From IMG/VR virus record IMGVR_UViG_3300025895_000020, positions 404-64,403 of that record: 64,000 nucleotides of DNA, one strand, 5' to 3'. The position numbers were made by a program, and so were the translations under genes. Source of the DNA: a virus. This document shows positions 18,518 through 28,810 of the stretch, piece by piece; the first letter of the stretch is position 1, and every line of letters begins with the position of its first letter. The notes under the pieces are model-generated. The model did no database searches and was not told where the DNA came from. It saw only the letters and a list, made by a program, of their open reading frames with translations.

Positions 18518-18988
18518 ATGGGACATTCGGGCACATCGGGCATAGAGAACGTCAATCCTGAGTATCGGATTCCCCTACTCATCGAAGGCGAGTGGGAACA
18601 GTCCGTTACGCTAGTTGAAACGCGGATTGGCCGTTTCGAGCTGGACCCTGACGGCGCGGGCAAGGCCGATCTAGAGCTGTACGTCGTAGGCTTCCTTGCG
18701 GACGCGGGAGCGGGCGCTCCTACGGTCGAGCTGCGGCTCTACGATATAGGGGCGCCGAACACGCCGATCACAGGCGACCTTCGGGCCACAATCACGTCTG
18801 CCACAACGAACGCCATCGTGCGCGAGAGTGTGGCGCTCACGGCGAGCGGCACGCCTACCGTACCGGGCTCCGACCCCAACGATGGGACGATCTACAACGT
18901 CGTGCGCATCTATGAGCTGCGCGTCATTTTCACCGCGGGCGATGCCGGCGACACCATTCGATACGATACAGTCGGCATTCTTTCGTGA
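18518..18988 (+). CDS. Hypothetical virion protein (beta-sandwich-like)
   Basis: Tightly packed in the operon and beta-rich. Confidence 0.65.
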   Translation: MGHSGTSGIENVNPEYRIPLLIEGEWEQSVTLVETRIGRFELDPDGAGKADLELYVVGFLADAGAGAPTVELRLYDIGAPNTPITGDLRATITSATTNAIVRESVALTASGTPTVPGSDPNDGTIYNVVRIYELRVIFTAGDAGDTIRYDTVGILS

Positions 18989-18999
18989 GGTAGGGGAAC

Positions 19000-20151
19000 A
19001 TGGGCGGGACAATAAGAGGCGTCATTGACGCGTACACCAATGAAACCACGGAGTTTCGGAACGCCGCGAATGGGTGGAAGGTGTGGTTCGATTTCCTAGA
19101 GGCGCACCCGATCACGACGCGCATCGCGCTCCAATGGGGATCTGGCGGAACCGGAACGGACTTCTGGGATGGGGCCAATCCGTTCGGAAAAAACTGCTTT
19201 GCGGTTTGGCGATTGGGGCCAAGCGCGGCACGCACCTATCCGATCTACCTAATGATGCAGTGCGCGAACGGAGACGGTACCCAGGTCACCCCGTTCCAGG
19301 CACCGGGAGATCCGGGGGACCACGCCGGAAACAGCACGTCGGGCTCGTACGCGCATATCACCACTTCGATGGCGATCGGTGTTGGGGGCGACGAGAACCC
19401 CTGGAATGGGACGACGAACAACGACGGCACCGACTCCAAAGGCGGATCGGCCGCCTTCCCGGTCGGCACCGATGGGAACGGCAATGTTTGGCGCATCCCG
19501 GCCGGCGGAACCGCGTATCAGGCTTATCCGCGATCCAATGGCGTGGGTGGCGCCGATGCAGCCACGGGTCGCCAGATGTTTCCGACCATGAACGACTCTA
19601 GTCCCGGCGCTGCTTATTACAGCCTGATCATGGATGACGACAACTTCGTCTTCTTTTGGTCCGGCAATCTCGACCGTCAGACTCTTGGCGGGCTTATGAC
19701 ACCGCATCCGGGGCTGACCATCGATCAGCCTTGGCTGGCGTTCTACTCGGGGGGTGACGCTATCAGCACGACCGTCCGTTCGGAGGAACTTGGCGGTGCG
19801 CCTAGTCCCGCCAATATCTTCACTGAGCCGGTTCGACAAATGGTTCTCGACGACCCCGACTGGTTCATTGCCGGCCAGCAACCGAACAACCTGTTTGACG
19901 TTGCGCAGTTCGATCTGATCCCCCTTTGGGTCCGCATGAACGAAACGCCCTACAACGGTTTGCTTGGGTCGTTCGGCGCCGCGGATGGCTTTTTCCAATT
20001 TTGTTGGGGCGTAACTCCGCAGTCGACGAGCTTGACGAAAGACCGCATCGCTCTTGGGGTCACTACAGTCAGCGGCGTGAAGGCGTGCGTCCCTTGGGAC
20101 GGCGCAACAGTCCCCAGCACGAATGTGACTAGGGCGGGGATCACGTTCTAA
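19000..20151 (+). CDS. Putative tail/fibre-associated protein, paralogue A1
   Basis: Shares EAHP.TTRIALQ.GSGGTG, IG.GGDENPWNG.T.NDGTDS and LIMDDDN with 20425-21594. Confidence 0.75.
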   Translation: MGGTIRGVIDAYTNETTEFRNAANGWKVWFDFLEAHPITTRIALQWGSGGTGTDFWDGANPFGKNCFAVWRLGPSAARTYPIYLMMQCANGDGTQVTPFQAPGDPGDHAGNSTSGSYAHITTSMAIGVGGDENPWNGTTNNDGTDSKGGSAAFPVGTDGNGNVWRIPAGGTAYQAYPRSNGVGGADAATGRQMFPTMNDSSPGAAYYSLIMDDDNFVFFWSGNLDRQTLGGLMTPHPGLTIDQPWLAFYSGGDAISTTVRSEELGGAPSPANIFTEPVRQMVLDDPDWFIAGQQPNNLFDVAQFDLIPLWVRMNETPYNGLLGSFGAADGFFQFCWGVTPQSTSLTKDRIALGVTTVSGVKACVPWDGATVPSTNVTRAGITF

Positions 20152-20420
20152 TGGCTGACGTGGCAATGGGATCGGCTGCGCTTCCCGACGTAGGCCCAGA
20201 GGCGCTAGAGCAGAGCGCCGTGTTTGGTACGGCAGCGGCTAGCGGCGGTGCAACCGTGCCGGATACGAGCGTGGTCACGAATCGAGTTTGGGACGTGCAA
20301 GCGGGACCGGGCTTTGTCCGGTGGGAAACCGCCGATCCAGACCCAACGGGAACGAGCTACCCCGGCCCCGGAACCTTTGGCGTTGATACGGACGACTATT
20401 GCATCGAGTACACGGAGTAA
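20151..20420 (+). CDS. Small paralogue B1
   Basis: NRVWD...GFVRW...YPGPGTFG..TDD.C.EY shared with the N-terminus of 21595-22548. Confidence 0.75.
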   Translation: MADVAMGSAALPDVGPEALEQSAVFGTAAASGGATVPDTSVVTNRVWDVQAGPGFVRWETADPDPTGTSYPGPGTFGVDTDDYCIEYTE

Positions 20421-20424
20421 AGCA

Positions 20425-21594
20425 ATGAGCGGAACACTCAGAGGCGTTGTCGATATCAACTCGGCACTGGCGAACGAATACCAGAATGGGGGCGACCTTT
20501 TCAAAGTGCTCTTCGATGCGTTTGAGGCGCATCCGGGTACGACTCGGATCGCGCTCCAACACGGGAGCGGTGGAACGGGCGACGGCGCAGGAACAGGCCG
20601 ATGGGATTCAGGCGCGGGCTCGTTCGCGAACAACGCGTTCGCCGTGTGGCGCATGAACACGAACGGCGGGCGAACCTGGCCTTGGTACTTCACCCTGCAC
20701 AGCCAATGCGCTGGGGGAAACTCTGCAACGTGGGGGGCCGCTCCCGGTGATCCGCTCGCCAGTGAGCAGAGCACCGCGTCTTCGACGGGCTACGTCGGCT
20801 TTCAGGCCGCGATCGGAATCGGCGGCGACGAAAATCCGTGGAACGGCAGCACCGCCAATGACGGAACCGATAGTCGTGCGGGCTCGGCAGCGCTTCCACT
20901 TGGCGGCGACGGCAGTGCAGCGGTTTGGCGAACCCCGGTGGGCGGAACCAATCTCATGGTGTTCCCGCGCAGCAACAATCCAGGCGGGGCGTACGACACC
21001 GGCAAAGAAGACATGTGCGTACTCATGAATGGGGCTGCGGGGAGCCAGATCCGCTCGCACCTCATCATGGACGACGACAACCTCTGTCTGTATTGGGACT
21101 ACGGCGACGCCGGCACGTCCAATCAAACTTGGATGTTCATGGGCGTTTTCGATCCGCATCCGGGGATTTCGGCCTACGACAGACCTTTCGTGCAGTGGCG
21201 CTCCAACACGTCCATTAGCGAAGCGGCGGCCACAGAGCGGAGCGGCGGAATCGCGGTGCCTGACAGTACGGAGTTGAATTCGGTCATGCGGGTCGAGTTC
21301 AATGCCCGGAAGTTCCACGACGCGGCAAACACGCCGAACGCCGTGTTCGTGCCCCCGGAGTACGATCTCACGCCGTTTGACATTCTCATGGCAGACGGCG
21401 CGCGGAAGGGCTTTGCCGGAACGACGCAAGACGTGTTTCAGGTTTGCTACGGCGTTCCCCGAAACAGCTCCAACGCCGCAAAGACGTTTGGGATTCTCGG
21501 GAACAATACCGTCGACTCATTGAAAGCGGCGTTCAAGTGGACCGGGGTACTTGAGCCGGGTGCGACGAGCACGCGGGAAGGGGTGACATTCTAA
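20425..21594 (+). CDS. Putative tail/fibre-associated protein, paralogue A2
   Basis: Start moved to ATG 20425 (MSGTLRGVVD), which matches the A1 start MGGTIRGVID. Confidence 0.75.
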   Translation: MSGTLRGVVDINSALANEYQNGGDLFKVLFDAFEAHPGTTRIALQHGSGGTGDGAGTGRWDSGAGSFANNAFAVWRMNTNGGRTWPWYFTLHSQCAGGNSATWGAAPGDPLASEQSTASSTGYVGFQAAIGIGGDENPWNGSTANDGTDSRAGSAALPLGGDGSAAVWRTPVGGTNLMVFPRSNNPGGAYDTGKEDMCVLMNGAAGSQIRSHLIMDDDNLCLYWDYGDAGTSNQTWMFMGVFDPHPGISAYDRPFVQWRSNTSISEAAATERSGGIAVPDSTELNSVMRVEFNARKFHDAANTPNAVFVPPEYDLTPFDILMADGARKGFAGTTQDVFQVCYGVPRNSSNAAKTFGILGNNTVDSLKAAFKWTGVLEPGATSTREGVTF

Positions 21595-22548
21595 GTGGCT
21601 GACGAGCTTCTAGCTGAGACCGGACCGGGGCCTTCCGAGAATATGCTGGTCGGCGGGTTCCGGCTGATCGAAGGCGGATGCGTTACGGAAGAGAGCGGGA
21701 ATTCGTATCACAACCGTGTTTGGGATACGATGGCGAGCGGCTTCGTGCGTTGGGTAACGCTAAACACGGGCGATCCCTTTGGCGCGCAGTACCCCGGCCC
21801 CGGTACGTTCGGCATTCACACGGACGACTTCTGTGTGGAGTACGTGGACGACGCGATAGAAGTGGTGGAAGTAGAGAACCCGCTATGGACGCCCGGCACC
21901 CCGGATCTAACTAGGGACTGTGAGCTATGGCTTCCCCTTGACGGAGACGCCTTCGGCAAGGCACCGGGCAACTTCACGTCACAGTTCACCCATACCGGCA
22001 GCTTCTGTCCTGCCGGCAGCGGTATGGGCCTCGCCCAAGACCCGACAAACCCGCTGCGCGTCACAGGCGTCAACGCGGCACTCGACCCCTCGACCTACGC
22101 CCCCGCGTGGGAGTTCACGATTTGCATGGGCGTGTGGATGTGGGCGTATCGGGCTAGCTGTGCATGGGCACGCTGCGACGTGTTCGCAGGCAGCCAGTCT
22201 GTTTTCCAGTGGTATCAGGGCGGCGACGGCCATCAGCGAGTCGGTCACGACAAGCCCGACTGGGAATCCGCGACAAGCGTAACGCCCCTGATTCCGCCGC
22301 TGTTTCAGTGGAACTTCCTAGCGATGACCATGAACGCGGACGGCATCACCGGCACGTTCACGCTCAACGACCAAACCGAACCGTACGCGCTCACCACCAT
22401 CGGCACGAAGACGGGGCAGCCGTTTACGCTCGGAGACTCGTGGAACACCGCTCCGATGGACGGCGCGTTCTCGGGAGTGCTCATGGAGAGTCGGGTCGAA
22501 TCTCCGGCGGAGTTGCAAGTCATCCGTACGGCAATGATGGGGTTGTAG
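21595..22548 (+). CDS. Paralogue B2 with added LamG/concanavalin-A-like domain
   Basis: B-module N-terminus followed by FTICMGVW...WNFLAMTMN...FTLGD...DGAFSGV jelly-roll-like pattern. Confidence 0.6.
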   Translation: MADELLAETGPGPSENMLVGGFRLIEGGCVTEESGNSYHNRVWDTMASGFVRWVTLNTGDPFGAQYPGPGTFGIHTDDFCVEYVDDAIEVVEVENPLWTPGTPDLTRDCELWLPLDGDAFGKAPGNFTSQFTHTGSFCPAGSGMGLAQDPTNPLRVTGVNAALDPSTYAPAWEFTICMGVWMWAYRASCAWARCDVFAGSQSVFQWYQGGDGHQRVGHDKPDWESATSVTPLIPPLFQWNFLAMTMNADGITGTFTLNDQTEPYALTTIGTKTGQPFTLGDSWNTAPMDGAFSGVLMESRVESPAELQVIRTAMMGL

Positions 22549-22556
22549 GTGTATTA

Positions 22557-23297
22557 ATGGGCCATTCATCATTTAGACCAGTCCCAACGGGCATTTCCCC
22601 GGCGCCAGCCAAGCCCGATCCGGTATGGGCGTGGAACGGGATAGACACGAGTCAGTTCGAAGGGAGCGCGGCATACGACAACGCAGGCGGAACCGTGCCT
22701 ACGCTAACCGTCGTGCCGACGTTTGCCGACGCGGACAACCCTTGGGTGAACGGCCTTGAAATGCGCGCCAACGGAAGTGGGCTCGCAGTCTGGCTCGCCA
22801 ACGACACGCTGAGCGGTCTTGGGCTCGCGGAGAAGGGGTTTTTACTCCATTGGGTGGGCGCGGGGATCACTGCCAATTGCAGGGGCGGGCTTGCCTTTTT
22901 ATGCGACGATAGCCAGCCCAACTTCTACGGCTACGCGATGAGCTGGGGTAACTTTTGCTATCGCTACCGGATCGATAACGGCGTCACCGTGAGCAGCAAC
23001 GACTCGGTACAGCTATGGAGCACGGCCGCCAGCACCAATCCGGTGATCGGCACAGACCGCCTATTCGCGCGCAAGCCCGCTGCGGCGCAGCCGGAGTTCA
23101 TCCGGTTCAGTGAGGTTCTTTCGGGTACGGGTGCGGATACCCAGACAAAGTACCGTCAGCGGCAATCGCAGTGGCCTTCGGAGCCGCCGCCGGTCGGTTG
23201 GAATAGCTTGGATTGTGACCGATGGGGGCTTTGCATGGGGGAGTCGGGGAACAACCTCATGATCCTTACCAAGCTGGAAATGTACGAGCTGATCTAA
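22557..23297 (+). CDS. Putative lectin-like virion protein, paralogue C1
   Basis: Start moved to ATG 22557. WNGIDTSQFE...VWLA...W..LDC.RWGL family motif. Confidence 0.7.
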   Translation: MGHSSFRPVPTGISPAPAKPDPVWAWNGIDTSQFEGSAAYDNAGGTVPTLTVVPTFADADNPWVNGLEMRANGSGLAVWLANDTLSGLGLAEKGFLLHWVGAGITANCRGGLAFLCDDSQPNFYGYAMSWGNFCYRYRIDNGVTVSSNDSVQLWSTAASTNPVIGTDRLFARKPAAAQPEFIRFSEVLSGTGADTQTKYRQRQSQWPSEPPPVGWNSLDCDRWGLCMGESGNNLMILTKLEMYELI

Positions 23298-24040
23298 TGG
23301 GCTACGCAGGCTACCAACCTAAGAATCTAGTCGCGGCTGCCCCGCCCGGTGCGCCGTTGTTTCAGTGGAACGAAACGGACACCACGCAGTTTGAAGCGAC
23401 ACCCGCATTCACGAGCGGCGGGTGGGTGCCGACACTGACGGCGGTCGCGAACAGCGACACCGACTGCCCCTCCGACAACGTGCTCCGACTCGAAGGGCAC
23501 GGCGTCGCCGCGGGGGCCGGGGGTCGAGTCGTGTGGCTCGCCAAAGACCCCTTGGCGTTGGCCGGCGACGACCGCAGTTTCCAGATCGATTACCTCGCGA
23601 CCAACAATCGCCAGGCTTCGGGGTTCGCCATCATGGCCGACTTGGGGGGTGGCGGATTGCACTGCATGACGTTCCCGCTCGATTCGGTGTCGACTCCCGG
23701 CGATCGTATCGACGCGGGAGCCATCGGAGCACCCGCCGTGGGCGTGAATCCGATGTTCGATTTGCTTACGGCTTGGACGTACCTTCGGGTGACTGTGCGG
23801 GGTCGGAAAGTGGTCGGCACACCGCCTGAGTTCGCGGTGGACGTGTCTTGCCAGGGAAGGCTGTACTCCACGGCTGACGATCAGTACGTTGGGTATAGAC
23901 GCATCTTCCGAAGCGGCTACGGCGCACCACCCTCTTCATGGGATAATCTCAATTGCCTTCGTTGGGGGCTCACCGTGGGGGCGTTCAACGCTTCTGATTC
24001 CAAAATCGATATCGGCAAACTGCGGATAAAGACGATCTAA
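23297..24040 (+). CDS. Putative lectin-like virion protein, paralogue C2
   Basis: TAATG coupling at 23297. WNETDTTQFE...VWLAKDPL...WDNLNCLRWGL. Confidence 0.7.
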   Translation: MGYAGYQPKNLVAAAPPGAPLFQWNETDTTQFEATPAFTSGGWVPTLTAVANSDTDCPSDNVLRLEGHGVAAGAGGRVVWLAKDPLALAGDDRSFQIDYLATNNRQASGFAIMADLGGGGLHCMTFPLDSVSTPGDRIDAGAIGAPAVGVNPMFDLLTAWTYLRVTVRGRKVVGTPPEFAVDVSCQGRLYSTADDQYVGYRRIFRSGYGAPPSSWDNLNCLRWGLTVGAFNASDSKIDIGKLRIKTI

Positions 24041-24726
24041 TGGCAGACACCCTACTATTCGAGTGGAACGGAGTAGACGCCTCGCAGTTTGAGGCGTCCG
24101 CGATGTTCGCGAGCGCGAGCTGGGTGCCGTCGCTCAACGTCGTGCCGACTTCGGATGTGGACTGCTTCGCCGACAACTACTTGGAGTTGGTGACCACTGG
24201 CCCCGCGTCGGCGGGTGGCGTTGTCTGGCTTGCCAAAGACCCCTTGCCGCTCACGGGCGAAAACCGACGCTACCGTATCGAGTGGGACGGTTTTGGGCTC
24301 GGCTCACAGTACGGGGGTTTCTCGGTTTTGAGCGATCCCGCGGGCGGGGGGCACGCGGTCGTGAATCTACTCGGGCAAGCCGGTTGGAAAAGCCGTGTCG
24401 ACGCAGGGGTGCACACCACAAACGGCAGCACACCCCCACAGGTATGGAACGGTGAAAAGATGGCCCACGGCAATACGTGGGTACTTGGCCGCAAGCCCGC
24501 AGCCGCGCGGCCGGAGCTGAGCATCATGCACCAAGTACAACTTGGGACGGCGCAAAATAGCCGCCGATTGAACGACTCGATATGGACGGGGATCTCCGCG
24601 TACCCGGCGTCGTGGAACAGTCTTGATTGCCTCTACTGGGGGCTCGCGCTGCAAACGTCTGGCGGAAACCTACCTTCTAACGCGATCATTCAACTCGCGA
24701 CTTTGAAAGTGTGGTCGTACGAATGA
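24040..24726 (+). CDS. Putative lectin-like virion protein, paralogue C3
   Basis: TAATG coupling. WNGVDASQFE...VWLAKDPL...WNSLDCLYWGL. Confidence 0.7.
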   Translation: MADTLLFEWNGVDASQFEASAMFASASWVPSLNVVPTSDVDCFADNYLELVTTGPASAGGVVWLAKDPLPLTGENRRYRIEWDGFGLGSQYGGFSVLSDPAGGGHAVVNLLGQAGWKSRVDAGVHTTNGSTPPQVWNGEKMAHGNTWVLGRKPAAARPELSIMHQVQLGTAQNSRRLNDSIWTGISAYPASWNSLDCLYWGLALQTSGGNLPSNAIIQLATLKVWSYE

Positions 24727-25148
24727 GCTTGCTGATCCTATTCGACGGTGCCGCAGCCGCTAGTGGCGCTCCCACAATCACGAGCGTGAGCGATCCCATC
24801 GTGCCCCGGCGTGGCGGCAAGGTCGTCAAGATCCTTGGTACAGGCTTTGAGGCGGGGGCCGTGGTCGAGCTTTTGCAGGCTTCGGTCGTTCAGGGGGCGG
24901 GGTACATCTTCGACGCGGACTTCGACGTGACCGCGACGTGTATTTTCGTGGGGCTCCCCCCGCTCCCCGATGGCGTCTACGACCTGCAAATAACCGTGGG
25001 GGCTGCGACCGCTACCTTCATCGCCGCGTTTGAATACAGGCTCTTCGCCGAAGAGACGAAAGTTATGCGCGTGCGCGGGAGCTTTGCGCAACCGTGGCGC
25101 ACCGGGCCGCGCATTCTCACCAATAACATCGCGGGGCTAGCGCTATGA
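24723..25148 (+). CDS. IPT/TIG (Ig-like) domain protein
   Basis: APTITSVSDPIVPRRGGKVVKILGTGF...GVYDLQITV. ATGA coupling at 24723. Confidence 0.7.
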   Translation: MSLLILFDGAAAASGAPTITSVSDPIVPRRGGKVVKILGTGFEAGAVVELLQASVVQGAGYIFDADFDVTATCIFVGLPPLPDGVYDLQITVGAATATFIAAFEYRLFAEETKVMRVRGSFAQPWRTGPRILTNNIAGLAL

Positions 25149-26245
25149 GCTTGGAGCAAGGGCTCTTTTCCGCGATTCTCGATGCCATCTTCGGCTCCGA
25201 CGAAGACATTGCCGGCAAGCCCGTCACGCGGCTTGTGGCGCCGCTTCTCGACACGGAGACGACCACCATGGTGGTCGAGAGTACGCTCAGCATCGGCGAG
25301 AACACGGACGGATCGGGGGACGCCCGGCTCTTGGTGGGTGGTGAAATCATCGAAACCACCGGCCGAACCGATGGGCCGGGTACGTTCACGTTTGATACGC
25401 TGAGCCGCGGGCTCGACAATACCAAGGCGATCACGCACCCGCCGGGCTCGCTCGTGTTCGATCTGAGCGACAACGCAAGCGCACTCGACCTTCTGCGCCG
25501 CGGGCTCTTGGTGGACTACGCGGTAGGCGAAGACCTGGATATCATCGGTCGGAACTTGGGGCTCACCCGGTGCCCCGGTATCACCGAGGACCAGTGGCGG
25601 GCGGTCATCAAAGCGGTGGCCTATCTCCCGAAGAGCACGATTCACGCCTTCGATGAGGCCCTAGAGGCGCTTCTAGGGGCCAGTCAGTACGCCATCCGAG
25701 AGAACATTACGGCCGACCCTTGGAAGGTCTTCGTGGACGTGATCGTGCTCTTGGCCACAAGCCTACGGGGCCGCTTCATGCTGAATGGGGGCGAGCCCGC
25801 GCTCACCACGGGGCTCACGACCGTCGACGTGGACTACGATGTGATCGAGCCCGCGCTCGCACTCTATCTAGGCGAGGCGTCGCAAACCTACGGACTGCGC
25901 ACCATTGACTACCCGGCTGGGTCCACCGGGACCGCGACCGTAGGCGTCTATCTCGACACCCCAGAGTCACGGCGCGGTCTTCGGGAAGGGCTCACCAACT
26001 ACTTTTTGCCGGGGGGCAGCGTTGCAGGGGCCACGATCACGCTCGGCACGAGCCCCGGCGCCGCGGGTACGGCGGTGATCGTGGATTACACGGCGCTGAG
26101 CGCGCACTATCTAGCACTGAACGAAACCGTGTCGGAAGACGCGGACTACTACGCTTATCTTTCCGACCCCCTCTTAGCGGTGCGGTGCTTACTCGACCAG
26201 ATCCGGGCCGCGGGGATACACGCCGAAGTGGCAGTACAGGTATAA
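25145..26245 (+). CDS. Baseplate wedge protein (P2 gpI-like)
   Basis: DYAVGEDLDIIGRNLGLTR...TEDQWRAVI...TIHAFDEAL and C-terminal LDQIRAAGI. Confidence 0.7.
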   Translation: MSLEQGLFSAILDAIFGSDEDIAGKPVTRLVAPLLDTETTTMVVESTLSIGENTDGSGDARLLVGGEIIETTGRTDGPGTFTFDTLSRGLDNTKAITHPPGSLVFDLSDNASALDLLRRGLLVDYAVGEDLDIIGRNLGLTRCPGITEDQWRAVIKAVAYLPKSTIHAFDEALEALLGASQYAIRENITADPWKVFVDVIVLLATSLRGRFMLNGGEPALTTGLTTVDVDYDVIEPALALYLGEASQTYGLRTIDYPAGSTGTATVGVYLDTPESRRGLREGLTNYFLPGGSVAGATITLGTSPGAAGTAVIVDYTALSAHYLALNETVSEDADYYAYLSDPLLAVRCLLDQIRAAGIHAEVAVQV

Positions 26246-26249
26246 AACA

Positions 26250-28793
26250 ATGCGAATCGTCAAATGGAATCCCCAAGAGCGCGTCGACATACCCGATATC
26301 ACGGCGCAAAACTTTCTCATGCTGGGCGAGTTCCGTCGCACGGTGCGCGGCGCGCTGGGCATTGAAGCGAACGGGATCATCAAAGGCTTCGCAGTCGAGC
26401 CGGCCGCCGTTCCTGATTCCACCATCGTGGTCAAGCTCGACGATGGCGGCGTTCTGAGCTTTGCCTTCGGCTCCGAGGCTATTGGCGCGCACACGGACTA
26501 CGGCCAGCTCATGGGGGGCGACAACTCCGATGGCAACACCGAAGGCAACGCGCAGCAATCCATTGACTTCATTGCGCAGCCCGATGCGACGTACACGGTT
26601 GGGATGCGCTTTTCATACACAGATGGCGCCAACGATAACCGGGCCTTCTGGAATGAAGGCACCGACTCGGAGTTCATCGCAGCCGTCAACACTCGGCACC
26701 TTCCACAATTCGAAATCGCGCTCAATCCGGTTGGCAACGAGTGGCTTCTGCTTGCTGACGTGGTGTGGAACAGCGGCGTCGGGATCATCAATACCGGCGA
26801 TATCACCGACTTGCGCGAGGGTGCTTTCGAAGGCCCTTCCCCGTGGCAGCAAACGACCCGGCTCGGAAGCGGCGGGATGCCTGACTTCTCGCGCTCTTCG
26901 ACCAATCGTCACGACACGGAAGTGAACGCCGTCTACCCGGCCATCAAAGGGGTCGCTCGGCAGATTCAGGATCTCAAAGGCCCCGACGACGCGTTCAACT
27001 GGAATTGGTGGAACGACCCCTACAAGCCCGCCGATCCTTCGGGCACGCTCACGCGCGACAATGCCACCAATCTGCGGTCGCTCCGTACGGTGCATTTTAC
27101 CGTAGGCGATGGGGTGACTTCATGGGGCGACTTCAATGGGCTTGTCTTGGGGACGGGGCTCGATGCGTGCCTTTCCCATATCGCAGCGGAACAAGGCACG
27201 CCGACCCTTCTCGGAAGTCACGTCATCATTCAGATTCTCGTGAACGGGAGTAACGGGGTCGCAAGCGAAGCCTTTCAGATCGGCAACTACGTCTTCGATC
27301 GTACCTTGATCGAGATCCGCGGCGGGGGCGGTCGCGATACCAGCAACGGCTCGTACTGGCACAACTCACAGATCGATTGCGTGGGCACGCTGACGACCCC
27401 GGCTTTCGATATGAACATCTACAGCGGTTTGGTTCTTCGCGACTTAAAGTTCAACACCACTGGCTCCGATACCCGCATCGCTCGGATCGACGGGCAAGGA
27501 ACCCGCTTTGGGATGTACAACTGCTACGTGGAGTGCCAAAGCAGCGACATTACGCCGTGGCTTGAGCAAGACAATTGCGATTTTGTGGAGATTGCACATT
27601 GCGAGCTAGGCGGCACCGCGCTTATTACCGGCAGCCCCCGTTCGGGCGGAGAATGGCGCCACTGCGGTATCAACGGGGAAGTGCGCTTGCTCGGCGGTGG
27701 TTCCACCACGTTCGCTAGTTGCGATTTTGACTACCAGGGCGACTTGCACGGCATGATTTGGGCGAGCAATTGCTACGGCGTCTCCTTCAATGACTGCCGC
27801 TTCGCGTCGTCCACACAAGAGCACGATGTGGTGCACTTCGAAAACTCACTCGGCGAGTTCGGGGGTATTCGATTCCAAGGGTGCCAATTCTCATGCTTCG
27901 AAACCGCGCCCGGCCACGTACCTGACGCCGGAAGTAACGGCGCGAATGGCACGGGGTGGTGCCTCTACTTCGATAACGGGGGCGGCACTGCGATCAACAC
28001 GGGGCCGGTGATCGTCGATAACTGCCAGTTCAACGGCAGTGGTAACTTCGGCGGCGGGCACATCGATTCGGGCGGGATCTTTTGCGATGATCTCGATGTT
28101 TTCCTTGTTACCAACTGTAGTTTTTATACTTTCGGACTGCACCCCGGTGGCACGCCTAGGTGCTCGCACATACGCACGAAAAGCTCGGCAGTCGGGTTCC
28201 CTTCGGACTACCAGATCCGAGGCTGTACGTTTTTCGATTGGGTCAATGACGGTGTTATCGCGAACAACACTACGAAGATCCCCGTCTACTTGGATGACTC
28301 GGATTCTACGATCGTTTCCAACTGCAAGTTCAGCGGCACGTTTGCCGGGACACTAGTGTATCTCGACAACTCCGATTACGCGCAAGTGCTCGGGTGCAAT
28401 ATGAAAAACGCGGCCTTGTGGGGCGTCGAAGCAATCGCTTCCGCGATCCTTTTGATCGCCAATAACACAATGTTCTCAGGCACCGATGCAGGATTCTTTC
28501 TCGATGCGTCTTCGGGCTCTTCGGTGATCACCGGCAATAACATCGATGGGGGCGGTTCGACGGCGAACAGCGTCGTGGGCAACGGCATCATCGAATGCGA
28601 TGGGCAAGTTATCGTCAGCGACAACCGGATCGACAATTGGAGCGGCACCATTTATCACGCCATCGATTTAGGCGCGAACGATTGCGTGATCATGGGCAAC
28701 CATTCCGCCGGGATCATCGATTCCAACGGCACCACCGGACACGCCGGTTGGGCGACAAGCCCGAAAATGAACGTCGTCGGCGGATATCTGTAA
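26250..28793 (+). CDS. Tailspike / receptor-binding protein with right-handed beta-helix
   Basis: N-terminal baseplate-attachment-like region followed by many pectate-lyase-like rungs (IVDNCQF, VTNCSF, IRGCTF, VSNCKF, ITGNNI, IMGNH). Confidence 0.75.
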   Translation: MRIVKWNPQERVDIPDITAQNFLMLGEFRRTVRGALGIEANGIIKGFAVEPAAVPDSTIVVKLDDGGVLSFAFGSEAIGAHTDYGQLMGGDNSDGNTEGNAQQSIDFIAQPDATYTVGMRFSYTDGANDNRAFWNEGTDSEFIAAVNTRHLPQFEIALNPVGNEWLLLADVVWNSGVGIINTGDITDLREGAFEGPSPWQQTTRLGSGGMPDFSRSSTNRHDTEVNAVYPAIKGVARQIQDLKGPDDAFNWNWWNDPYKPADPSGTLTRDNATNLRSLRTVHFTVGDGVTSWGDFNGLVLGTGLDACLSHIAAEQGTPTLLGSHVIIQILVNGSNGVASEAFQIGNYVFDRTLIEIRGGGGRDTSNGSYWHNSQIDCVGTLTTPAFDMNIYSGLVLRDLKFNTTGSDTRIARIDGQGTRFGMYNCYVECQSSDITPWLEQDNCDFVEIAHCELGGTALITGSPRSGGEWRHCGINGEVRLLGGGSTTFASCDFDYQGDLHGMIWASNCYGVSFNDCRFASSTQEHDVVHFENSLGEFGGIRFQGCQFSCFETAPGHVPDAGSNGANGTGWCLYFDNGGGTAINTGPVIVDNCQFNGSGNFGGGHIDSGGIFCDDLDVFLVTNCSFYTFGLHPGGTPRCSHIRTKSSAVGFPSDYQIRGCTFFDWVNDGVIANNTTKIPVYLDDSDSTIVSNCKFSGTFAGTLVYLDNSDYAQVLGCNMKNAALWGVEAIASAILLIANNTMFSGTDAGFFLDASSGSSVITGNNIDGGGSTANSVVGNGIIECDGQVIVSDNRIDNWSGTIYHAIDLGANDCVIMGNHSAGIIDSNGTTGHAGWATSPKMNVVGGYL

Positions 28794-28810
28794 GGCTGTA
28801 GTGGGGGAAC

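Noticed and set aside
19000-24726. Diversity-generating retroelement
   Set aside because: No reverse transcriptase and no near-identical template/variable repeat pair differing at adenines. The paralogues are diverged throughout.
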